Of a stretch of DNA of 64,000 nucleotides, positions 9,768 through 18,744 are shown piece by piece. The stretch covers positions 17,049 to 81,048 of the forward strand of contig JBNPEG010000017.1 of NCBI GenBank assembly GCA_051117555.1. Direction: 5' to 3'. Position 1 is the stretch's first letter, and the number at the start of each line of letters is the position of its first letter. This stretch comes from Elainellaceae cyanobacterium. Lineage in GTDB: Bacteria > Cyanobacteriota > Cyanobacteriia > CAZCXK01. A program made the position numbers and the translations under genes. The notes below the pieces were generated by a model that was not told the DNA's origin, ran no database searches, and was given only the letters and a program-made list of their open reading frames with translations.

Positions 9768-12557
9768 ATGAAATATCCACAGCGAATTCTCGCCTTCATT
9801 ATTCTCATCGCTGTCGTGGTGCTGGTCTTCTCCCAAGGACTCGTGCATCTTATAACTGAATCATGGTGGTTTGATGCCGTTGGGTTTGCCGATGTATTTT
9901 GGACTCGCATCAATTGGAAGGTGACCATGTGGGTCGTCACCTTCGCTCTCTACGCTGCCTTCCTCGGAGGAAACTACTGGCTAGCAATGCGCTTCACTCG
10001 AAATCGGGTGTTTCGGGCGCTTTTGGAGAGCGATCGCCTCGGTTCGGCCGTCGAAGATGTTCCTAATTATGTTGCGGCAGGTCTTACGGTTGCTATCTCG
10101 CTGCTAGCGGCAGGGTCCGGCGCAGCAGAATGGGAGACGATTCTTAAATTCTTTAATCCGACCGAATTCGGGATAACCGATCCGATTTATCAACACGATA
10201 TCGGCTTTTATGTCTTTCAACTGCCCTTTTATGAAATTCTTCAAGGACGATTATTAGCGTTATGCATCTGGGGAATCGTGCTAGCTGCAACAGTCTACGC
10301 CCTCAAGGGAGAAATTACACTGGGTCGAGGCTGGCGCAATATTGTAGTGGGCACTCCCAAAATCCATTTGAGCCTGATTTTAACGGCGATCGCCATTTTG
10401 GTTGCGATTGGGTTTTGGCTAGAACGATATGACCTGCTGTATTCCTCAAGCGGTGTCGTGTATGGAGCAGGCTTTACCGACGTGCATGCCCGACTTCAGT
10501 CTTACTGGTTTATGGGCTTTGCAACGCTAGCATTGATGGTCGTTTTCCTAATTTCTCTGTGGCGGAGTGGGTTTGCGTTGCCAACGTTTGGGATCGGCAT
10601 CTATGCCATTGTCTTGATTCTCGTGAGCGGGGTCTATCCGTGGTTTCAACAGCAGTTCATCGTAGCACCCAATGAACTCCAGAAGGAAAGACCCTATATC
10701 GTCAACAATATTCAATTTACTCGGGCTGCTTACCAACTCGACACGGTAAGCATGGAAGACTATGCGGTGCAAAATCAGCTTGACCTAGATACCCTTGACG
10801 ACAATCAGCCGACGCTCAGCAATATTCGCCTGTGGGACTATCGCCCTCTATTGAGCACCTATCGCCAGCTCCAAGAGATTCGATTGTATTATCGCTTCTT
10901 AGATGTGGATGTCGATCGCTACACCATCGACGACAATTACCAACAGGTGATGCTGTCGCCACGAGAGTTAGACTATTCTCAATTGCCATCGGAAGCGCAA
11001 CGCTGGGTTAATCAGCGCCTCCAGTATACTCACGGGTATGGCATTGTCATGAGTCCGGTCAATGAGGTGACGTCAGACGGGTTGCCGGATTTTTATATCC
11101 AAGATATTCCACCCGAGTCGACCGTCGATCTGGAGGTGAGCCAGCCTAGTATCTATTACGGCGAAAAAACCGATAACTACGTCTTCACTAATACGACGAT
11201 TCCAGAATTTGATTATCCCCGCAGCGATGAAAACGCTCAGACTCGCTATGACGGTGAAGGGGGCGTTCCCATTGGTTCGTTTTTCAAGCAAATTGCTTAT
11301 GCCTATGACTTGGGCAGCTTGAAACTGCTAATTTCTGATTATCTCACTAGCGATTCCCAGATTCTTTATCATCGGCGTATTCGAGAACGGGTTCAGCAGG
11401 TTGCCCCTTTTCTCAGATATGACAATGATCCCTATATCACGACTATCGATGGGCGTTTGAACTGGATTATTGATGCCTATACGGTGAGCGATCGCTACCC
11501 CTATTCAGCACCTGTCAATCAAAGTGACGGAGCCAGAGATCTCTTACAAGGGCGCAGCGTCGCTCAGATATTGCAGGGTGGAGACAACTATATCCGCAAC
11601 TCGGTCAAGGTCGTGATTGACGCGTATGACGGCACCATGCAGTTCTTCGTTGTCGATGAAACCGACCCCGTTCTCAGAACCTATCAGAAAATCTTTCCTG
11701 ATTTATTTGCGGCAAACGACACCATTCCCCCTGACATTAAAGATCACTTCCGGTATCCGGTCGACTTGTTCAAAATTCAGGCACAGATTTATCTCTCGTA
11801 TCACATGCAGGAGCCTGAGGAATTTTATAACCGCGAAGATCTGTGGCGATTCCCAACTGAACTCTATGAAAATCAGCAGATTTTGATGCAGCCGTATTAC
11901 ATCATCATGCGCCTGCCCAACGAAACCCAAGAAGAGTTTATGTTGATCTTGCCATTCACTCCTGTTAATAAAGACAACATGATTGCTTGGATGGCAGCGC
12001 GATCGGATGGAGACAATTACGGAAAGCTGCTGCTGTATGAGTTTCCTAAGCAAGAACTCATTTATGGCCCAAGCCAGATTGAAGCGAGAATCAATCAAAA
12101 TCCTGAAATTTCCCAGCAACTCACGCTCTGGAGCCAAGAAGGATCGCGCGTGATCCGAGGTGACTTACTCGTGATCCCAATTGAGCAGTCGTTGTTATAT
12201 GTAGAACCTGTCTATCTGCGAGCTGAGCAAGGAGAACTCCCTGAACTGCGTCGGGTGATTGTTTCCTATGCAGATCAAGTGGTTATGGAACAATCCCTCG
12301 AAGATGCTCTGGCAGTTATCTTTGGGGCTCCTAGTCCTGAGCAAGACGATCAGGTTCAGCCATTGGGCACAGCGACGGTCGCGCCCTCGGTGGTGCAGTC
12401 TGCGCTAGAGGCGTATCAAAATGCTCAAGATGCGCTGCGCGACGGGGATTGGTCAAGTTATGGTCAATATCAGTCTGAACTGGGACGGTTGCTTGAACAG
12501 CTCAACCCAGAGAGGGACGATTCAACAGCAGATGAGCCAGCCAATCCTCAACAGTAA
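9768..12557 (+). CDS. UPF0182 family membrane protein
   Basis: N-terminal TM block, DPIYQHDIGFYVF, NIRLWD, YTHGYG, NYIRNSVK motifs. Confidence 0.92.
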   Translation: MKYPQRILAFIILIAVVVLVFSQGLVHLITESWWFDAVGFADVFWTRINWKVTMWVVTFALYAAFLGGNYWLAMRFTRNRVFRALLESDRLGSAVEDVPNYVAAGLTVAISLLAAGSGAAEWETILKFFNPTEFGITDPIYQHDIGFYVFQLPFYEILQGRLLALCIWGIVLAATVYALKGEITLGRGWRNIVVGTPKIHLSLILTAIAILVAIGFWLERYDLLYSSSGVVYGAGFTDVHARLQSYWFMGFATLALMVVFLISLWRSGFALPTFGIGIYAIVLILVSGVYPWFQQQFIVAPNELQKERPYIVNNIQFTRAAYQLDTVSMEDYAVQNQLDLDTLDDNQPTLSNIRLWDYRPLLSTYRQLQEIRLYYRFLDVDVDRYTIDDNYQQVMLSPRELDYSQLPSEAQRWVNQRLQYTHGYGIVMSPVNEVTSDGLPDFYIQDIPPESTVDLEVSQPSIYYGEKTDNYVFTNTTIPEFDYPRSDENAQTRYDGEGGVPIGSFFKQIAYAYDLGSLKLLISDYLTSDSQILYHRRIRERVQQVAPFLRYDNDPYITTIDGRLNWIIDAYTVSDRYPYSAPVNQSDGARDLLQGRSVAQILQGGDNYIRNSVKVVIDAYDGTMQFFVVDETDPVLRTYQKIFPDLFAANDTIPPDIKDHFRYPVDLFKIQAQIYLSYHMQEPEEFYNREDLWRFPTELYENQQILMQPYYIIMRLPNETQEEFMLILPFTPVNKDNMIAWMAARSDGDNYGKLLLYEFPKQELIYGPSQIEARINQNPEISQQLTLWSQEGSRVIRGDLLVIPIEQSLLYVEPVYLRAEQGELPELRRVIVSYADQVVMEQSLEDALAVIFGAPSPEQDDQVQPLGTATVAPSVVQSALEAYQNAQDALRDGDWSSYGQYQSELGRLLEQLNPERDDSTADEPANPQQ

Positions 12558-12639
12558 ACAGCACTATGCAGGTGTTATGCTTGCGATTTCGAAGAGTAAA
12601 CCGCAAGCATACAATCCCAAATGATTTGTAGAAATCTCC

Positions 12640-12675
12640 GGTAGGATACCCGTTAGCACCGGCGTAACGCATCCA
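12640..12675. repeat. REP-like short dispersed repeat
   Basis: gtaggatacccgttagcaccggcgtaacgcatcc is the reverse-complement relative of ggtgcgttacgctgcgctaacgacatcctac inside the 26085 and 61451 elements. Confidence 0.6.
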
Positions 12676-12736
12676 GACAATTGGATAGGACGTACGCAGT
12701 AGTGATGAATATATTCGCTTCGCAGGATCTCCCCGC

Positions 12737-13345
12737 TTTAAAGAGTCTCTGAGATTGTCGAGAGAGTCTATAAACCCTGATTGACTGACAAAACTTTGGT
12801 TTGCGGCAGTTGTAGACGCATAGCGGCTTCTCGCAGAGTAACTGCTGCTATACAGTCGAAACCCGCCTACGCGGGTTGAGAACAGTCGACAAGGGTCGAC
12901 TTTGGTTGTGTAGGCGCGGTTTCAACCGCCAGCCTCTGATCTTTTGTCAGTCAATCAGCTATAAACCTCTTTAAAGAGTCTCTGAGATTGTCGAGAGAGT
13001 CTCTGAACCTCTTTAAAGAGTCTCTGAGATTGTCGAGAGAGTCTATAAACCTCTTTAAAGAGTCTCTGAGATTGTCGAGAGAGTCTCTGACCCTATTTAA
13101 AGAGTCTCTGATCCTATTTAAAGAGCCTCTGACCTTATTTAAAGAGTCTCTGAGATTGTTGAGAGAGTCTATAAACCTCTTTAAAGAGTCTCTGAGATTG
13201 TCGAGAGAGTCTCTGACCCTATTTAAAGAGTCTCTGATCCTATTTAAAGAGCCTCTGACCTTATTTAAAGAGTCTCTGAGATTGTCGAGAGAGTCTATAA
13301 ACCTATTTAAAGAGTCTCTGAGACTGTCGAGAGAGTCTCTGAACC
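12737..13345. repeat. 21-bp tandem repeat array (about 20 units), interrupted by a MITE
   Basis: Units gagtctctgagattgtcgaga / gagtctataaacctctttaaa / gagtctctgaccctatttaaa; 17 full units in 12976-13332; 126-bp higher-order duplication 13018-13143 / 13144-13269. Confidence 0.95.
12777..12958. mobile_element. 182-bp MITE with 17-bp TIR and 9-bp TSD
   Basis: TIR CTGATTGACTGACAAAA / TTTTGTCAGTCAATCAG; CTATAAACC duplicated at 12768-12776 and 12959-12967. Confidence 0.92.
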
Positions 13346-13444
13346 CGGGTTGCTACTAAATCCAGTTAACAGTGCCCATCGTCCGCCGCAGATAACCCTA
13401 GACTATAAGCGATAACCTCTTGACAGTCGGGTGCATGGGCGGTG

Positions 13445-13585
13445 TTAGCCCGTGAATAACGAAGTGTTTTCTAACTCCGGAGATTCTTGGAACGAGCGAT
13501 TTTGCAGCCATGCAAACATAGCAGAAGCTCCCAGTAAAATTAGAGTAATGATACTGACAATCTGAATCATAATGACGTATCGCAT
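13445..13585 (-). CDS. Small single-TM protein, 46 aa (not in ORF track)
   Basis: MRYVIMIQIVSIITLILLGASAMFAWLQNRSFQESPELENTSLFTG*; begins 20 bp after the stop of the co-oriented reductase gene. Confidence 0.5.
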   Translation of the reverse strand: MRYVIMIQIVSIITLILLGASAMFAWLQNRSFQESPELENTSLFTG

Positions 13586-13605
13586 AAGCCGTTCATGTTT
13601 TAGAA

Positions 13606-14946
13606 CTAAACTAGATTGAAATGTTCCATATGGACATTGGTTACAGGCACCTGCAGATCATGGAGCGCCGCCTCAACCTGCTCCATCATGACTGGAGCAG
13701 CACAGATAAAGTAGTGTCGGCTACCCCGATGGATGGGAATGTATCGTTGCAATAGATCTTGATTGACATAGCCTGTTTCTCCTGTCCAGTCTTCGGGCGG
13801 CTCACGCAACACATGAATGATGGTTAGATCTATGGAGTCAACGAGGTCATCCAATTCCTCTCGGAAGGTCACATCTTCCCATCGTTTGTTGGCATAAATG
13901 AGCAAAAATGGGCGATCGTCCTTGCGCTCAGCAGCAGTGACCAGAATACTCATCATCGGAGTGATGCCAATTCCACCCGCAATGAGCACAAATCCGGCAG
14001 AGTCCCAGTAGCGATCGGTCGTAAACACACCGTAAGGACCATCAAGATAAGCCTTTGTACCTGGCTCAACATCCTTAATGGTCTGGGTAAAATCTCCCAA
14101 TGCTTTAATGGTAAATTCCAACCGTTCAGAATGGTCGCCACTCGAAGACATGGAAAAGGGATGCTCACGCATTCGAAAGGGCAAAATATCGAGGGTGATC
14201 CAGGCAAACTGACCGGGATGAAACTGGAACCCTCCATGTCCCCTCGGTCGAATAGCCAGTGTCCATACATTTCCCCTCTGGGGAATGACCTCTTCTACCA
14301 GGTAGGGGAGCCTAGTCATCATCCAGGGCTTGACGACGCGGACATACATCAACAACCATAAGGCGGCTAGGGCGATCGCGCTCCACAACAGCTTTTTCCA
14401 AAATAGCCCCAGATAATAGCTGACTCCCAGTGCATGGGCCAAACCCAATGTCACCGCCCCCACAGCTAGAATGCCGTGACTCGTACGCCACAGCTCATAG
14501 GGAATCTTCAGGGGCTGCCGCCAAATGGAGGTGATTACGAGGAGCAACAGTGCCAGAGTTCCAACGACAGCAAATCTGGCTCGCCACGGAGCCTCAAATA
14601 GATTTAATAGACGTAGCGTTTCGGGCTGATCGATAAAGAGAATAAGGGGATGAATCAGGATCAGGGCAAAAGCCACTAGAGAGATATAACGGTGGAATTG
14701 CAGAATGATGTCAACCCCGTAGGATGCTTCAATTCGGTTGATTCGGGCGGTGAGGGCAAATTGAAGGGCTAACATTGCCAACCCAACAAACCCTAGAGCA
14801 ACTGAAAGCTCTGTCCAAAAGCTTCGTCCATCAGGAGCAGGAGGGTACAGGAGTAAGATAAAAAGAGGCAGCAGGGCGATCGCCAGATAAACAGCGATCC
14901 AAAAGGCGGCCACTGCAACGGGGCTTCTCGTTAATAGTTTCTGCAT
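13606..14946 (-). CDS. Ferric reductase-like transmembrane domain + FAD/NAD-binding FNR-like oxidoreductase
   Basis: Six TM segments with His ligands (FHRY, IHP, SHG, AHA), EHPFS, DGPYG, AGGIGITP; RBS GGGAGG upstream. Confidence 0.9.
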   Translation of the reverse strand: MQKLLTRSPVAVAAFWIAVYLAIALLPLFILLLYPPAPDGRSFWTELSVALGFVGLAMLALQFALTARINRIEASYGVDIILQFHRYISLVAFALILIHPLILFIDQPETLRLLNLFEAPWRARFAVVGTLALLLLVITSIWRQPLKIPYELWRTSHGILAVGAVTLGLAHALGVSYYLGLFWKKLLWSAIALAALWLLMYVRVVKPWMMTRLPYLVEEVIPQRGNVWTLAIRPRGHGGFQFHPGQFAWITLDILPFRMREHPFSMSSSGDHSERLEFTIKALGDFTQTIKDVEPGTKAYLDGPYGVFTTDRYWDSAGFVLIAGGIGITPMMSILVTAAERKDDRPFLLIYANKRWEDVTFREELDDLVDSIDLTIIHVLREPPEDWTGETGYVNQDLLQRYIPIHRGSRHYFICAAPVMMEQVEAALHDLQVPVTNVHMEHFNLV

Positions 14947-15451
14947 TTTGACCTGCCTCCCTTTCGAGTTAATTTACATATGCCGCCCTAAAAGCAGTGC
15001 TAGCTGTGGAAATAGCTTCTCCTTCGACGGAAGTGAAACACCCCACCAATCGCTTGATCAATCCTTCTTTCCAGTCCTGGATTCCTCAAACTCCACAAGC
15101 CGTGTAGGTCGATAAAGCTAAATCCGACTTTTGAGAAGAAGGGAATGAGGCAGAACAAAAACGTCTCGAAGGTCTGCGCGATAATTCCAATCAAAATGCT
15201 TAGCTGTGACTTCCAAAAGGCAGATTACCGACAGATAGTTCTAAAGATGAGCCATACCCGCAGGCGATCGCATTATCAGAATCAAGGTGGCTAGCGTAAG
15301 GATGCAATTGCACGCTCTACTAATCAACTTAGCACCTGCATCCCAACCCTCATTTAGCCAGGGCACAAAGTTGAAGCGGATTAACTATTCCCTTATAAGA
15401 ACCGACACGCCGTTATTGAATTTTTGGCTTTAAGCTTTCTTAATTATCTTG

Positions 15452-15507
15452 TCAGGGTTTTCTCAGAGAATAGTCAGAGCTAGCTCAGGCTGAAGACTCA
15501 TTATAGT
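15452..15507 (+). promoter_or_regulatory. Four TCAG direct repeats at 11-bp period followed by TATAGT (-10-like)
   Basis: TCAG at 15452, 15463, 15474, 15485; TATAGT at 15502-15507. Confidence 0.6.
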
Positions 15508-15527
15508 TACACAGAGATTTAGCCTCT

Positions 15528-15619
15528 TATAGCAATGTGCAATTGCGTCAAGTACAGAAGCAGTGGGGAGCGCGGCGCGCCCCCCACTACCGTACTCACC
15601 CCAAGCGCATACTGCTATA
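15528..15619. mobile_element. MITE-like element, TATAGC-end family
   Basis: tatagcaatgtgc...gcatactgctata inverted ends, internal agtgggg...ccccact hairpin; relative of 1048-1153. Confidence 0.72.
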
Positions 15620-15777
15620 AGTTCTCGTCTTGAGCATCTCGTAGAGAGACCTAAAGCAGCCGAAATTTTTTGGGGAATTATTGAATGCCTATTCCAAAAA
15701 GACGTTTTTTTACTCACAATCCCCCTAATGGGTCAATATCTCCATCCCGCAGATTCGCAATGTTGTCGGAGGATGTT

Positions 15778-16401
15778 ATGAATCAACCGCCGATTCAGCC
15801 TAGTAAAATTCTTGCGAACTCAAGATTACCGAGTTATTTGAGAGAGGCGATCGCCACTATGAATCTTGCTCCAGGACAGGCGTTATATCATCAGGGCGAT
15901 CCGGTTTTAGCAATCTATCGCGTTGAATCAGGTCGAGTTCGTTTGATTCGCCATACGATTGAAGGCCGCGTTGTCACCTTTCAGGTGATTCGGGCGGGTG
16001 AAGTCTTTGCCGCAACTGATTTATACAGCGATGGTTATCAGTGTGATGCCATCAGTGATGTTTCCTCGCAGATTAGCGTGTATCCCAAGGAGTTGATATT
16101 TCGATCAATGCAAGATGATACGATGCTCGCTCAAGATTTAATCCGGCAGCTTAATCAAATTATTCGGTTATTAAAATTCAGGCTAGAGCTTTTGGCAATT
16201 CGTTCGGCGAGCGATCGCACTCTAGAATATTTGCGATTTTCAACATCGCCCGATGATCCCACGATTCGGTTTGACCGCCCGCTTAAAGATATCGCAAGTG
16301 ATCTGGGGCTGAGTCCTGAGGTGTTTTATCGAACTCTAGCTCGGTTAGAAAAAGATGGGATCATTGCTCGAAACAAGCGGCAAATCACCTTGCTTAAATG
16401 A
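15778..16401 (+). CDS. Crp/Fnr-family transcriptional regulator
   Basis: cNMP-like barrel (LYHQGD, ESGRVRL, GEVFA) and HTH LKDIASDLGLSPEVFYRTLARLE; GGAGG RBS supports ATG 15778 over 15685. Confidence 0.88.
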   Translation: MNQPPIQPSKILANSRLPSYLREAIATMNLAPGQALYHQGDPVLAIYRVESGRVRLIRHTIEGRVVTFQVIRAGEVFAATDLYSDGYQCDAISDVSSQISVYPKELIFRSMQDDTMLAQDLIRQLNQIIRLLKFRLELLAIRSASDRTLEYLRFSTSPDDPTIRFDRPLKDIASDLGLSPEVFYRTLARLEKDGIIARNKRQITLLK

Positions 16402-16426
16402 GGAAGCGTGAAAACGCACTGCTCGT

Positions 16427-17158
16427 CTATGCCGATTCCCTTAAAACATACCCAACACATCGTACGGTATGAATCAGGCGACTGCTACTGTAAGCCTCTA
16501 ATTTGAGTCGCAGATAGCGGATATACACCTCAATGACGTTGGAATCTCCCATAAAGTCATAGCCCCAAACCTTTTCCAAAATTTGCTCCCGGCTGACTAC
16601 ATGGCGACGATTGACCATCAGATATTCCAACAAATCAAATTCTTTGGCCGTTAGCTCGATCCGCTGACCGCTGCGTAAAACCTCTCGCGTTTTGCGATTG
16701 AGCATTAGGTCTTCAAAGCACAGAATATCTGTACTGTCAGTGCAACTTCGACGCAGACGCGCGCGAACGCGCGCAAGCAGTTCTTCTAGCGAAAAGGGTC
16801 TAGAGATACAATCATCAGCGCCTGCATCGAGCCCTGCGATGCGATCGCCCACTCGATCTTCGGATGTCAGCAAAATGAGTGGAGCCGCGTTTCCTGCCGC
16901 ACGCAGGCGTTGACAAAAATCGAGACTAGAAAACCCATGAGAAAACCAGTCTAAAACGATGAGGCTGGGGTGTAGTCGACGCGCTTTGAGCAAGCCATCA
17001 ATGTCACTATAGGCGACAGCGACCGGATATCCTTCGCAGCTCAATTCCTGTACCAGAATTTTAGAAAAATGATCCTCATTGCCAATCAGCAAGATGGGAG
17101 CTGTTTGGGCTCTGAACTGCGGTTTAACCGGTGATTGTAGAGTCAACGATGTCTTCAT
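16427..17158 (-). CDS. OmpR-family (MprA-like) response regulator with degenerate receiver domain
   Basis: Winged helix LTAKEFDLLEYL...VWGYDFMGDSNVIEVYIRYLRLKLE; receiver has LLIGNED and SRPF in place of LLVEDE and KPF. Confidence 0.88.
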   Translation of the reverse strand: MKTSLTLQSPVKPQFRAQTAPILLIGNEDHFSKILVQELSCEGYPVAVAYSDIDGLLKARRLHPSLIVLDWFSHGFSSLDFCQRLRAAGNAAPLILLTSEDRVGDRIAGLDAGADDCISRPFSLEELLARVRARLRRSCTDSTDILCFEDLMLNRKTREVLRSGQRIELTAKEFDLLEYLMVNRRHVVSREQILEKVWGYDFMGDSNVIEVYIRYLRLKLEAYSSSRLIHTVRCVGYVLRESA

Positions 17159-17268
17159 GCAGGATCTTCTTTAGGTGAACTGTGGAGTCATCCCAGAGAT
17201 TTTCAGAGAAACGCTGTACTAGAAAGACTTAACTAAAGCCAACGATTTAATTTTTCATGCATTATCAG

Positions 17269-17309
17269 ATAGCGATCCTAAATCGCTTGTGAATGGGTTG
17301 TGAGTGGTG
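17269..17309. repeat. Truncated copy of TATAGC-end MITE
   Basis: atagcgatcctaaatcgcttgtgaat matches the reverse complement of the right end of the 33883-33970 element; related end also at 931-955. Confidence 0.65.
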
Positions 17310-17687
17310 AATTTCGTTAAGTTCGAGGGAAATAATTAATATCTGCATCATCTCCAAATAGGCTTGGTTTCATATCAAATTTGATCTGTCCAATCCTTAC
17401 TTGACAGTAGATTTCAGCAATCAAACATCAGTTTTGGCATCGCAAAATGCCTGTAATCGGCGATCGCCAGTGTGGATGGATTGACACTGAGGTCTCATTG
17501 AGCCTAATGGTTTCTTAGACTTACTAATGATTTACATCGATCGCCTTAGAAATCACATGACTAGAATCATGTTTGAAAACAATACTGAATTTGGATAGAA
17601 ATCCACCCCCTATGGCTTGGGGTGTTACTTCACAGAACTTAAGAATTAACTATAATCTTCAGTAACGTAGCTATTTAAGGGGTATGT

Positions 17688-17828
17688 ATGGCAACAATGG
17701 ACGACCGTAAAAAGCGAATTATGGAGCATCTTGCTCGGAGCACAGGAGATTTTATTAAGCGATCGCCCCAACCCAACGGCCAGAGAAAGCAGCAAATCTT
17801 AGATCATGTGCGTCGTACAAAGGGTTAG
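17688..17828 (+). CDS. atpT: Small protein, 46 aa, probable AtpTheta (Norf1) ATP-synthase inhibitor
   Basis: MATMDDRKKRIMEHLARSTGDFIKRSPQPNGQRKQQILDHVRRTKG*; internal duplication RKxxIxxHxxR(S/T); TATAAT at 17651-17656 and AAGGGG upstream. Family call from recall only. Confidence 0.55.
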   Translation: MATMDDRKKRIMEHLARSTGDFIKRSPQPNGQRKQQILDHVRRTKG

Positions 17829-17998
17829 GGGGCGAACTCAGCAATATACATCTCAGGTCAGTCAACAGGTGGCTCAGACTGTCTCGCTACCGACGTAGCC
17901 TACTGAGATGTTTCGCTGATGCATAAGGTGCGATGATCGCTCTCAATAAACAAGCGATCGCATCGGGAGCATCCTCCATGCGCAAATTGATCAACGTA

Positions 17999-18042
17999 TA
18001 TAGTGGGAGCGTCCCGATCGCGATCGGGACGCTCCCACTATA
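17999..18042. repeat. 44-bp perfect palindrome, no loop
   Basis: tatagtgggagcgtcccgatcg|cgatcgggacgctcccactata. Confidence 0.95.
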
Positions 18043-18744
18043 CATACAAAGTTGGGATATCCCCGATCGCATCTTGCTAAAGACAATAGCCGTTATTAAA
18101 AAACAATAAAAAGACGGGAGCATCCCAGGTAAATTTTGATTTCAAAGCCTTGATCCCCAGGAATCATTACTCCATATTAGAAATTGAAGCTAAGAACTTC
18201 ACCTGGCAGATTAAACAGCCAAAGTTCACGTAACTAGTTTTAAATAACTAGTTCACACAACCTAGTAGAAGAGGTAAAAGCGCTGTTTCACCCAAATCTG
18301 TCTCGCCTAACACCAACAGCACCTACACAGAAAGCTGATATTTTCCCATCTGTTTATTGGGGAGCAATGTAGTTAGAAGATGGCAATCAAACGCCACTCA
18401 CTCATCTCCAGAGATTCTAGATTAAAGAGGGAAAATCGCTCAGCGAGTATGGCTGCGGTGCTGTTGCCCTTTTAAACTCAAAATATTTCGACTAAATGAG
18501 ATTTAATGCAGGGATTCGTCAAAGTATTTCCGCTATCAAATAGATTGGATGGATTGAGTGGAACCCAATCCATTCGATTTTTATAGTTATTTTTATTAGT
18601 ATCGCAATCTTACATGAACGTGGATTAAATAATCTGCCAAATCGTCCTCTCATTACCAAACGTAAGAAAGATTTCACGCATTGACTCGCAGGCTGGTCTT
18701 AAATTATGAGAGATACAAGCAACTAGACTGGCAAGCAACACGTC

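Noticed and set aside
12959-13345. CRISPR array
   Set aside because: Contiguous 21-bp units with no unique spacers and no cas genes in the window.
12988-13359. 123-aa plus-strand ORF as a real gene
   Set aside because: TTG start inside the repeat with no RBS; open frame follows from a stop-free 21-bp unit.
15000-15194. 64-aa minus-strand ORF upstream of the reductase
   Set aside because: TTG start with no RBS and no recognisable motif.
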